A stretch of 64,000 nt of DNA from contig OZ316891.1 in NCBI GenBank assembly GCA_973895155.1, positions 62,001 through 126,000 of the forward strand, read 5' to 3'. The DNA comes from Marsupella aquatica. Taxonomy: Eukaryota > Plantae > Marchantiophyta. The notes under the pieces are model-generated. The model saw nothing but the letters and a program-made list of their open reading frames with translations. It was not told the DNA's origin and did no database searches. Shown here in pieces: positions 39,190-51,106 of this stretch (position 1 is its first letter; each line of letters begins with the position of its first letter). The position numbers and the translations under genes are program-made.

Positions 39190-40243
39190 ATCAAAGGTTC
39201 TTTATGATAAGCTAGGTAGTAGTTAGTCTTATGTATTTGATGACTTGCACTGAACCTAATCTTGCCATGGTTGTGGGCAAGGTGAGCACGTTTATAAGAA
39301 ATCCAAGGAAGATGTATTGGGAAGCAGTGAAGTGGACTCTTGAAGGGTGTTATGGATTTTGGTCTTTTACTTCATGCGAATGCAAACAATGCTAAATCTT
39401 TGATCAACTATGTAGATTTTAACTATACATGCCTGGACAAGGTCTAGATCAAAGGAAATCAACAACCGGGTATGCATTCACACTTGGTTTGGATACATAC
39501 ATTAGTTGAAGATCTACTTTTGCAAAAGTGCATGGTTTACTCTACTATAGAAGCCAAGTAAGTATGTTGGGGTAGTGGAAGCAACGTGAGAAATCAATTT
39601 GATTGGAGTAAAGTTACATCATTAGTTATCAGTCGTTTCCATCAGTCGCCACATTATCCAAGATGCGGCGCCGAAATAAAATGAGAAAAAAAAATTCATT
39701 TTTTTTCTCAAAATTTGATGAAGAAAAAAAAGCTTTTTTTGAAAAAAATTTCACAATGGGTGTCCATACCGTACGGACATCACTTCTCGGCGGGGCCAGC
39801 CGAGATGGCCAGGTGTTTGTATGGTACGGACACATAATTTTTTCAATTTTTTTTTCTGTTTTGAATTTTTCAAGACAATAATTTTAAAAAAATCTCATTT
39901 TTTTGGTCCGCACGCCGATCTCTGAGGTCAACTGAGATGCTTGGAAGTGCAAAGTCGTCATCTCAACTGCTCAGCTAAGATTAAAAAAAATCAGTGGAAA
40001 AACTGATAACTGATATCAACCGCTGATATCAGTTATCAATGGCTGATAACTGATGATCCTCACTACCTTATTTGATTGTATCGACTTATCATTGAAATGA
40101 GTTTGCCATAGAAGAGTGTGAATCTCTATTAATTATGATAGTCAAAGTGTGTTATACCTTGCTGTGAATCAAGTGATGGATAGTAAAATGAAACACATTG
40201 ACATGAGATACCATTTTATTAGATAGGTTATGTCTGCTAAGAT
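39190..40243 (+). pseudogene. Ty1/Copia RT C-terminus and RNase H remnant, split by later insertions
   Basis: Decayed SLMYLMTCT..., VGKVS...WEAVKW, DQRKSTTGY and YDSQSVLYLAVNQVMDSKMKHIDMRYHFIR. It continues after the MULE at about 55825 (IKINDKLN...FIKVI). Confidence 0.85.
39606..40070. mobile_element. MITE of about 465 bp inserted in the Copia remnant
   Basis: Flanking direct repeat (a)tttgattg at 39597-39605 and 40070-40078. Subterminal inverted motifs are cat(c/t)agttatcag / ctgataactgatg. A related copy lies at about 56335-56866. Confidence 0.7.
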
Positions 40244-40921
40244 GAGAGATATACTTAGTGGACCTCCAAATGCAACTTTCTCTCTTAATGGACCAAAAGT
40301 TTCCCACGCCCTCCCAATGGACCCCAAAGTTTAGATTCTCTCCCAATGGACCTCCGGGCCCACTCCGTACAGGCATGTTCTTATGAAACAGCTTACAGCG
40401 CAGTTCGAGTCCACTGCGTACCCTATGGAAACCATGGTTGGTCATGTGTAGTCGGCCGTCAATAACGTCGCAGTCCACAAGCGTCGTAGCCCTGGCGGCA
40501 ATCGAGCTCCGCTCAGCACCATGGCAGTTTTTGTGAATACAGTATGACTATTGTATTCAAAACAATAATTGAACGAGTTTGCGGTGGCATTGGAGCCTTC
40601 GTGCCCGGCCTCACAGGATTTCAGAATACATTGTCACTTTAGTGTTCAAGATACAAAGGAAATAGTTTATTGGAGCTTGCAACAGCCGGCAAGCCGTACC
40701 TCCTCGAACCTCCTTGCTTTTATGAAGACATTGTCCATAATGTGTACAAATCTTAAAGGAATAATTTTCAAAATTCAAATGTGCCCGCCCTTTATGGAAC
40801 CCTTTCGGAACCTGTTTTGTTGTCATTTGCTTTGTTTCTCGACATTTTCTCGCATTTTCTCGTGTTGCTGGTTCTTATTGTTCCTGCTGTTCCCGCTCGT
40901 GTTCTTGCTCGTGTTCCTGCT

Positions 40922-41560
40922 ATGTCGACCCTTGAGGATGTGCGAATTGCAATGAAGGAGCAGCCAGACAGCATCATTGGGCCAATCCCGGTATATGTTT
41001 GTAATTTTCACTCTGATTTCCCATGGCCCAGAAAGTTCACTTACAGAGGTTGCAGGCATGGCATTGGCGGTGGTTTGGTTTGTGGGAAGTCCATTGAGGT
41101 AGCGGAGCAATGCAAGCACGACCCACTGGTAGACGGTAATAATTGTCATTTGTATAGGTTCGATATTTGCATGGTGGATGCATATGAGAACATTGGGCCA
41201 TTGAAGGCCACTATCTTTCAAGCTGCACGAGAGCTTGTGGACATGACTGCTGACGAATTTGCAGAGTATGGTACCATTCACCAACTTGAAACAATGCACC
41301 AGCAAATTTCTCAGATCCCATACTGTCTAGTGTGGATTAAGGCAGGACGACACTCTGCTGTTGTGAATAAGCTTGTTGTTGAGATGTGGCGATGCCCTCC
41401 TAGTCGTGCCCTTGTGAGAACAAGAGTTGAGAAAGTGATCAGCAGAAACAATCTTGTGGATGCTGATGTCCTTATGCAGCAGTTGGAGGTGACTGCAGCA
41501 ATGATTTCAAAGTTTCGTTTGTCCACCATCGAATCCGCCGAAGACTCGAAAGGCAAATGA
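40922..41560 (+). CDS. RPA70 C-terminal-like OB-fold / zinc-ribbon protein, MULE cargo, about 212 aa
   Basis: Intact ORF from the ATG at 40922. 'FTYRGC...CGKSI...C...YRFDICMVD...KATIFQAARELVDMTADEF' matches the Rep_fac-A_C pattern. Confidence 0.6.
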   Translation: MSTLEDVRIAMKEQPDSIIGPIPVYVCNFHSDFPWPRKFTYRGCRHGIGGGLVCGKSIEVAEQCKHDPLVDGNNCHLYRFDICMVDAYENIGPLKATIFQAARELVDMTADEFAEYGTIHQLETMHQQISQIPYCLVWIKAGRHSAVVNKLVVEMWRCPPSRALVRTRVEKVISRNNLVDADVLMQQLEVTAAMISKFRLSTIESAEDSKGK

Positions 41561-42344
41561 TAGGGATGTTGTGTCATGCAGAATACGTTTTGGTTGTTGT
41601 ATTCTTGTTATTTCTTGAAGAGATTGGTGGTTTGGTAAGATGATTTAGTGTCATTTAGCATTCTCCGTAGCTTCAATGATGAACAATTCGCATTTCAGAT
41701 GAGTATTGGGGGAGCCCTTCAGTTGCATAATTGTGAAAACCTGTATTGTGTAATGGGTATTTTCTCTTGCGTTATGAATAGAATACAACATTGTTTATGT
41801 ATTCTCTGATCTATCTGTTATGTAACACGTTGCAACATTCTTTTGTATGTTGAGAATACAACACAGAATACTACATGGTGTATGTATTCTTTGAATTCTA
41901 TTTCATGTAACACGTCTAGGTTGCGCCTGCTTTGCTACTTCATTGCTAGGGTTTAGGGTGCACGATCAGTTGCGCATATGCCTTATCTTTGGCGAGGGTT
42001 TAGGATTTTAGAGAGATGGCGGCCGATGAGCGAGGAGGATTGTTTTAGGGAGGGATTCCACTATTGGAGCTCGCAAATCGATCGATCGAAGGCCTAATGT
42101 GCTGGTGAAGGGGGATTGCGTGCGATTGGGAGCGATCGATTTAAAGAGCTGGTCATGGGGGACTGCGCGCGATTGGGAGTGAGTGAGTATAGAGCAATTC
42201 AGGGAGCTGGTGCTGGTGAAGGGGGATTGTGAAATCACTTGGGATTGCCTGTCGGGTGATTGGAGTGACTGTCGAGCGATTCAGGGAGATCAAGGAGTGA
42301 ACGTTGGGCAGGTCGGTTGGGTTTTGAACCCAACCAAGGTAGTC

Positions 42345-45297
42345 ATGGTGCCCCATGCCAAGAAACTAACATTGGCAAAGGAGGGACAGCATTTTCGATA
42401 CCGTGTAGGCGAGCAGGGTAACCACGTATTCAAGCGTATATGCGCCGGTCATGCTCCTTGCGGTTTCTCTTCGTTCAAGTCATTTCAGACTCACTTGAGC
42501 ACCAAGCATGGCCGAAAACTCCCTGCTGATTTGTTGGAGCCAGGCCTACCTTGGTTGAGTTCAAAACTCAACACCTCTCGTCCCGCCAAGAAACCATGGA
42601 AATGCAGCAGTAGCAGTGGTAAGAAGACGGAAGGTGCGTCATGGATTCGATTATGGTCGACTGCCAAGCTAAGATGGCAAATGACGAAGCAGCGCAAAAA
42701 GAATCAACTAAAGGTGGACTATTGCGTTTCAGTTCTGGGGAAGAAGGAGCCATCGGTTCCATCAAAATCGGTGCTTGTTCGTCTCATTAAGGTCTACCAC
42801 ATTCGTCCGAAGGAGAAGAGTGGCTGGGGCTGCTTGGTAGACGACAGTTTCTTTGAGATGTTACAGGAGCATGTCAGCTCTGCTCCTATCACCAATGCTG
42901 TGTATCACTGGGCCGAGCATGTGCAGCAATTGCTTGCTCAGTTGCCTGTGGATCGAAAGTTGCATGCTTTGCAGGTTGATTGTCGACTATTACAGGTACT
43001 TTTTCCGTTGAGAGATGTCCCTGCCCAGTCTGTCCAACCTTCAGCAGGTGAGGAGAGTAGAGAACTCGTTGTTGCAGACACCTTGGAGTTTTTGAGGAAG
43101 AAAAGGGAAAGTCTGTTGTGGAAAGTCGGAGCAAAAGAAATCGATTTTGACCATGCCTATCCAGACTATGTGAAGTGGAAAAAGGAGCAGAAGCATCTGT
43201 CAATTGCCACAGCCGGTCGGAATTGTGTGAAAGATTACACAGGTGATGGCATGTCACAAGAAGAAGCAGAGGCAGCGGTACGTAACACAATCATTTTACT
43301 TGCCTTTGCATTGTTGTGTATACTTCGCGCACAATGTTTACACCAGTTTTCATATTGCAGGCTGGAGTTCACGAAGTGTGGGTTGATACCTCAGATGAGG
43401 AGGGGTACGAGCCCACCCCTGACAAGTGGGGATTAGATTATCATGAGTCCTCTGATGAAGAAGACGCAGCAGAGGTATAGTTCCTCTTCCCCTTCTGCCA
43501 ATGATTTTTTCTGAATCTGCAGAGTTTGTCAACATTGACCGGAATGTCTACGAAACTTCAGGTTCCTTTGAATGACGAAGCTCAAGCCAAAGAATCAGGG
43601 AAGAAAGGAAAGCCACGCAGGAAGCCAAACGAACCCAAGAAGCAGCCTCCACAGAAAATTACGCCTCCTGTTGACACTCAGGAAGCCGATGAGGTAAAAT
43701 TTGCACTTCCAATGTAATTATCCCATTTGTATACCGTGATATCAATGTATGCACGAGTGTATGCACGATGGTTTAGTGCTCTTAGCCCGAGTATTGCTTT
43801 TTCAGGTTCCTCCCAACAAAGGAGCCAAAGCCAACCAATCAAAGCGGAAAACTAAAAGAACCAAGAAATTTGTAGAGCCACCACCGAACGGCAACACCAC
43901 CCTTCCCGTAGATTCTCAGCAAGCTGACCAGGTAACGTTTATAGATGAAAGTTCTTTGCAACATGTGTAAACAGTGTGGAGAACGTTTCCTGTTTTATCA
44001 ACACTGCAAGTTCAAGAGTAGGACATTATGTTGAATACCATGATGTTAATGTATACTCACTGTTTGAATGCGCCTGTACCCCGAGTACTGCATTTTAGGT
44101 TCCTAAATCCCATGAAGGACCTACACCCGAACAATCTGTAGAGCCACCACCGAACGGAAACACCACCCTTCCCATAGATTCTCAGCAAGCTGACCAGGTA
44201 ATGTTTACAGATGAAAGTTCTTTGCAACATGTGTAAATAGTGTGGAGAATGTTTCCTGTGTTATCAACACTGCAAGTTCAAGAGTAGGACACCAATGTTA
44301 TGTTGTATACCATGATGTTAATGTATACTTACTGTTTGAATGTGCCTGTACTCCGAGTACTGCATTTTAGGTTCCTGAATCCCATGAAGGACCTACACCC
44401 GAACAATCTAAGAGGAAATCAAAGAGAGCCAAGAAATCTGTACAACCACAGAAGCCCGCGCCTGAGGTAAGCGTGTTTTCAATAGGCCAAGGAGGAACAT
44501 TCCAGCGTAGACAGTGGTAAAAATGTATTCTATGTGTACTTATTTGATTTAAACATGCAATCACCTTAGTTTGCAATGACAGGGACCAAAGGAAGGAGAG
44601 CAAGCAACGACACCCCCGGAGACAGAAAAAAGTGAACCTAGACGTTCAAAGAGGAAGCAAACAACTGCTCCCACCGAAGAGAAAATTGCCCAAACAAAAA
44701 GAAAGACCAGAACTAAAACCAAGGTAAGTACAAATCATTGTGTACTATGTGGCCATATTGTATAGGGACTAACACATGATTCGCTTCATACTGATTTCAG
44801 CCTTACAATTGCAGGATTCATCTAAACAAGTCCAGGATGTCAATGCACAACCAGCACCAGAGGGAGGCAACACTATTGAAACTCAGGGTACTGCCCTTCC
44901 ATCGAATGTGTCTGCAATCCCATCAGGAGAGGTGACTGCACCGGTAGGGAGCACACCTTATGTAATTGACTTTGGTGGCATGATTGATTGGTAAGATGTG
45001 TTTCTTTGCTGATTGCTTTCATATGTGAATTTGCAGGAGTACCAGAAACCACCTGATGTGCAACCAGACCCATATGCAAGTAGACGTCGGAGAAAATTGA
45101 CAGTTCGTGCACCATTGGGCAAGGCGCAAAGTGAATTTGTAATCCCGGGGTCTGTACCACAAGAGGTCACTGTGTAGGAGGACGATATTTTGGATTCCTT
45201 GCACGCATCACAAATTCTCCAAGACTGTAGCCAGGCTGATGTTACCTCTTTTCACAAGGCAATCGATAAAATGATTAGTAATGTGGATGAAGTTTAG
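42345..45297 (+). CDS. Multi-exon MULE cargo gene with an N-terminal C2H2-like zinc finger and a low-complexity K/P/Q/E-rich tail
   Basis: Long first exon (about 42345-43277) with C-x5-C-x10-H-x4-H ('CAGHAPCGFSSFKSFQTHLSTKH'). Several short GT-AG-bounded exons follow to about 45297. The exon model is approximate. Confidence 0.55.
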
Positions 45298-45544
45298 GGT
45301 ACAATTAGCAATATCTGAGGGATAGTCTAGGGTACCTAGCCCTGTTTTGTCACCAATGTGTTCATGATAATAAATATGAAATGTTCCTGCATTTCTTGCT
45401 CTCTTTGAAGACTATATAACATGATCTGTTCCAAAAATGGTCATAGTAGATCTGTGTCTGGGATACAATATGTATGTTGTATTCACATTTTCTCTGACTT
45501 TACGACAAAGACGCCCCACTGTCGAATCCTTCCCACTGACTAAG

Positions 45545-48500
45545 TGTGATGCCTAGACAGGAATCACTCGGCCGGTTAAGTGGGTAAAGCAGGAAGGCAC
45601 CCTAGGAACACCTTAGTATAGGGACAAAACAAGGAAAATATAAACAATTAGGGGCAACCATGGAACCCGGGCAGAGGCCGGAGGTAAGGCTGAGGGTGAA
45701 AACCCGATTAGGGTTAGGGCGCGTTAAGCGTCGGCGGCTAGGAAGGATCAACGGGAAGAAGGACCGGCAGAGGAGAGGGGTAAGGAGCGCTTGCAGGAGA
45801 TGGTGGCTCATTTGCGAGCACGAACTAGGCAGACGACTACGGGAGGCCAACTACTGTCAGCTGCTTAGGCAAGCACTCGGGGAGAGAGTAGATACCGACG
45901 ATCGACCTAAGGAGGGTATGAGCAACGTCAATCAAGCGGCACATTTCTGGGGATGCCTGTTCGAACGGGCAACTGAGTACATCAAGACTTACGAGGACGA
46001 GGAGTCAGAAAGGGCAGCTCGAGAACGGCAGGAGCTCGCTCGATTGTGGGAGCTGCAGAAGACGGCTTTCTTAGGAGGCGAACTCATCAAGGACGAGTTC
46101 CTGTGGACGCCTACTTCCAATCAACTCGACGATCTTCTGTTTTGCAAAGACAGCGTCGTCGGCATCCGAGAGGCCATCAAGAACTGCAACGACATACACT
46201 GGGAATTAAAGGGTAGCACGGAAAGGTGGACCCAGGCAACGGTGCTAGGAGAAACCTCCACGGCAGCAGAGATGAAGAGGAAGGGGGCCGTCAACGATGA
46301 AGCCACCCCGGCAAAAAGAACAAGGTCGGCGGCACCAAAGAGGCCAGCCGAGCAGCAGAGCAGGAGGCAGGGAGAAGCCGAAGAGGAGGAGGTCGATCCC
46401 ATCAAGGCCATTCCAACCAGGGATGACACCTGGAAGGGCTGGGCGGCAACCCTACCGGTGGAGGTGCAACTACATTTTGCACGGGAGGAGGATGCATGCT
46501 TTACGGCCATGCAGACCAAGAAGTACCAAGGCTTCATGGCCGGATCCGGCTTGGAGGCCTTTGTAAGATTACCATGGCTGAAGCCGGAGGTACCGGAGTC
46601 AGACCTATTAGAATTCGTGGGGTCATGGGAACCCGAGACCAATTGCACGAGGATATATGGGAAGGATTTCTATCTTACTCCCAAGGTAATTGCCGAAGTG
46701 TTTGGCTTGCCGATAGGCAATAAGACCAAAGTTGATACCAGGAAGACCTTGCCTGACAAGGAGTTCCGGTCGTTCCCCGGGCCATCAACGAAGAATGGCT
46801 TCTTCCGGAACACCTGCACCAACCCGCACATAGGAGAGATGATCGACTTCTTGCGGGTGACCATGCATTGTAACTTGCCGAGGGCAGAGATCGGCAAGGC
46901 ACAGGTCTATCTGGCAGAAAGGCCAGACCCAAGCCGGGACTACAACGGGTACCTCCTCAACCAATTGAAGAAGATCTTAAAGGAGGAGCAGCAGGTAATC
47001 GGCATGGGGAGCGTGTCGCGGCTTGGCTATCACATGCGGCTGTTGTGCCGGTATGCCAGAGGTCAGACTTTTGCCCCGGTACTTCCCCTGCAGGTAAGGG
47101 CACCCGAGGAAGCTCCAACGCCGAGGCCGTTGGCTGAGAAGCCTCAACCACCTGTTAGTCCTACGATCGAGCAGGTGTTTAGGCCCAGGAAGGAAGACTT
47201 GCCGATGCAGCAACCAGGCATGCAAAGTCTGCTGAAACTATTGGAGAAAGAAAAGAAATCGGCATCGGCAACAACAACGGCAACGGCAACAATGCAGGAC
47301 ACTACTACAGAGGTAGGCCTACACCGGCTCACAAGAGAAAACCCCTTTGCTGGAGACAAGGAGAGCATCAGGCCGGAATCCAAGCCAGGTGTTCGAATGT
47401 ACGTGGGAACCTCAAGCTCCGAATCTGAGGCAGAATTGCCTGAAGCTCCTACCGACGAAGAGGAGAGGGAGAAGCCGGAAATCCAAGAGGTAGAGGAGGC
47501 AGTGGAGGACTGCAGCCATGATAATTCCGGCTATGGGTTGGACCATCACGTTCCAGGAGTAAGGACCTGTGGCCGGTTTGTCCCCACACTTCCAAGGGTA
47601 GTGCGAGGGGACCCCAACCAGCAGAGTAGCCCTGAGTCTCCCCCACCAGATGTTGCTCCCCCGAGCTTCGACGGCATAAAACAGACGGTGCAGGAATTTC
47701 AGGAGCGAATCAAGCAGGAGGAGGAGGCCGCCCTGGCTAAGGAAAAGGATTTACCAGGAGGAGATTGGCCGGAGGACATCAGGCGGCTAGCCGAAAAAGG
47801 AAGCAAACCTCTAGCCACGATTGAAGAGATCCGCAGGACGGCTTGGGAGCAGAGGCCACGATGGGCGATGCCGATCACTTCTACTTACTCCACCTACGCT
47901 AAGAATAGAGCCATGGAGTATGGTGAGATGTGTGGGGAACTTGCGCTCGGCATCTTTGGAGAGGAGTTGGAGGTAGGACCCTTTTTCCATAGGGAGCAGT
48001 TGGAGAAGCACCAATTAGAAGAAGCGGTGGCTTTAGAGAGAAGCAAGAAGGACGAGGTCATTCGGCGGCTTAGGAGGATGGAAGCCGAGATTGAAGATCT
48101 AAGGGCGGCCAAGAAAGCCCAAGATGAACTGCGGATTAAACGACATGAGCTGAACATCATGCAGGGGCAGTTGGACACCGCGTAGGCTGATAATCAGAAT
48201 ATCAAGGATAAACTGACTCAGACGCAGGAAGAGTTGGCCGACACGATCAAAGAGAGGGAGAAGTGGAAGCAAGAGCTGAAGAATACAGAGGAGGCCCACA
48301 TAACAGCCAACAGCCGGGCCATGGCGGAGACCCAAAGAAAGGAATGGGCGTTGAAAGGGGAGCTCGAGAAAATCCGCGGAGCCCTTGAGCAGAAGGAGGT
48401 CGAGTTAGGGAAATCCTATCAAGGGATTATGGCGTTGCAGCAGGAGCTTGCGTCCCTAACGGCCAGCTTCAAGGCCGACCTAAGGGAGAAGGACGAGATG

Positions 48501-50170
48501 CTCGAACAGACTTACGCCAAGATGAACCAGATGGAGTCTGTCATCATTGCAGAGCTCGACAAGGAGCTAAGAGCAACCCAGGAGGAGAGGGCTACCTTGA
48601 AGAAGGAATTGGAGGAAGCCCACAGGGAGCAGGAGGAGGCCAAAAACGAGCTGGAGGGGGCACGTAAGGACCTGGATGAAACCCAAGAGGAGTTGGAGGA
48701 AATCACGAGGAAGATGGAGAACCTACAGCGGCGGGCCGACAACCAAACAGAGCGGCTGAAGAAACAAGCCGCAGTATTTAAATGCTTAGCTGCAGCAGGT
48801 CCATCTCCCGTTGGGACAAACCAGTTACCAGGGGTGGTAATTGCCGAAGGACAAGCCGCGCCACCTGCACCAGTGCCGGAAGTAAGTGGGAAGGGGAAGG
48901 GACCAGCTGCCGAGCCACCAACGAAGAAGAAGCGGAAACCTTCAGGGTCAAGGAGTAATACGACTTCACAGGCCGTGGTGATCAAGGAGGTAGACCCAGC
49001 ACCGACCCCAGACAGGGTCACGGCTAGGGATCCAACTACCCTAGGGGAAGGGGAGGCCGAAGCCGAGGGAGTGGCTGAGGCCGAAGCCGTGGGTATTGCC
49101 GAGGCCGGTGTCGAGGCTGAAGCCGAAGGTGGACCCAGTCAGGCCGATGGAGAGTTGACTCAGTCAAGGGCAGGTAATCTGTCAGAGAATGAACCTACGG
49201 CAGTGGCTGAGGAGGAAGCGTTGGGGGCGTCCATTAAGGATCCACCACCGGTGTCGTGACGGTGCAAGGGCGCCGTTCCTTTTAGGGAGGGCGGACGTGG
49301 AGGGAGGAGGCGTGAGTGGGCAGGGCGGGCGCGGATCTCCACGTTTAGGATTAGGATCAGAACCAGGAGCGGCCCTGACACTTAGCTTAGTGGGATTGCG
49401 GTCCCACTGGTAGGAGCAACACTTGTGCTCCTGCCTTGCTGTACATAGGTAGATTCGGGCAAGTAGATTACTGTTAAGTAGATTAGGCTTACGATGCAAA
49501 GAATGGCGGATCCACTACCAGGATAAGTACCTGGGCAGTGGGGAGCTCAGGGCCTCTTCTTTAGCAAGTTTTTAGTTTGCACCAGCCGGGCTGGGATCAA
49601 GTAGTACGAGAAGCTCTCGGTTAGTCATACAGTGACCCTTGTGTATATTCATGTTTCCTCATGCCTAAGAGCTGAATAGAGTTGGCCTCACGGCTTAGTT
49701 CGCAGAACTTGTGTATGAGATGTACTGTTTGTATGGCAAGTGCATGGTATGACTCAGTCAGAATGAGTCATTTTGCTATTTGTGTGTCGCATTAACTTGT
49801 GTGAAGAGTGCCCACATCAACAGAAGGAAGGAAAGTAAGCAAGGGAGTGAGAATTGGATGTGTCGAGCTGAGAGAGGTCTTAGCGGCTTAACCAAGCCTA
49901 TTGGGGATCATTCCGGCGGCGGAATCCAAACATACCTAACAAGACGGAGGGGAAGACAGGGGAAGGCCTATATTAGGCCGGCTACGTATCTCATGACCCG
50001 ATGAAGGATCTGTCCAGTATATGTGTGTAAAATGTTAATAGTAGTAGTAGAAGGTTAGCAGCGTCCCATGCCGCTAAGCCGCGGAAACGGCCTCGCCAAG
50101 CATGAAACCTGCGGGAATCGGCTTGAGCTGGGGGGTTTCTTGGGTTTAGGGAGCCATGGGACGCACCACA
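45545..50170 (+). mobile_element. 4,626-bp insertion with TG...CA ends and 5-bp TSD (solo-LTR-like)
   Basis: ctaag|TGTGATGC...GCACCACA|ctaag, with the TSD at 45540-45544 and 50171-50175. The 8-bp termini are inverted with one mismatch. Composition shifts abruptly to GC/purine-rich. Confidence 0.85.
45660..49259 (+). CDS. Long coiled-coil retroelement accessory protein (about 1,200 codons) interrupted by one in-frame TAG at 48183-48185
   Basis: The 841-aa and 341-aa ORFs are in the same frame. 'GLEAFVRLPW...EFVGSW...LTPKVIAEVFGLP' resembles plant mobile / transposon-associated domains. The C-terminus is a long heptad coiled coil with an NLS-like KKKRK. Confidence 0.7.
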
Positions 50171-50175
50171 CTAAG

Positions 50176-50830
50176 TCGCCCAAATGGACAAAACCTACGG
50201 AATTTGAACACAGAAAACCCTTTTTCATGTATATGATTTGGACGATGTATTCAGATTTCACACTTGGAAAAAAAATTATCCCTCCGACTTTACGAACACG
50301 CCCTCCGCCGAAGCCTGCCCAAATGGACAAAAGCTATGGAGTCTCAACATAGAAATACATATTTCATGTATACACTTTGGACATTGTATTCAGATTTCAC
50401 ACTTGGAAAAAAAATTGTCCCTCCGACTTTACGAACACGCCCTCTGCCGAAGCCTGCCCAAATGGACAAAACCTATGGAGTCTCAACATAGAAATACATA
50501 TTTCATGTATACACTTTGGACATTGTATTCAGATTTCACACTTGGAAAAAAAATTGTCCCTCCAACTTTACAAACACGCCCTCCGCCGAAGCCTGCCCGA
50601 ATGGACAAAACCTATGGAGTCTCAACATAGAAATACATATTTCATGTATACACTTTGGACATTGTATTCAGATTTCACACTTGGAAAAAAAAATTGTCCC
50701 TCCGACTTTACGAACACGGTCTCCGCCGAAGCCTGCCCAAATGGACAAAACCTATGGAGTTTCAACATAGAAATACCTTTTTCATGTATACACGTTTCAC
50801 GTTGTATTCATAATTCTCAGTTACAAAAAA
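50176..50830. repeat. 139-bp tandem array (about 4.7 copies) inside the MULE
   Basis: 'aatggacaaaa' recurs at about 50183, 50322, 50461, 50600 and 50740. Confidence 0.95.
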
Positions 50831-51106
50831 ATTCATTCACTTGAACTTTACAAAGACAGTCGGGCCTAAATGGAAAAAAGCATGTCATATTCAACACTTT
50901 AATAATCATACAGCACATGCACCATGGAAGGCGTACTCAGACCTAACAAATGCAAATAAAAGGCTTCACTCCTCATTGGATGGAATACAACATCCACTTT
51001 GTAACAATTTGAACTCATTCGAGGTAGTGTTTAGGTCCATGCACAAATGTGCCCTACTACCATCTAACTTCCCAATATAGTGAATAGTAGACTGTGATGT
51101 ATATGT

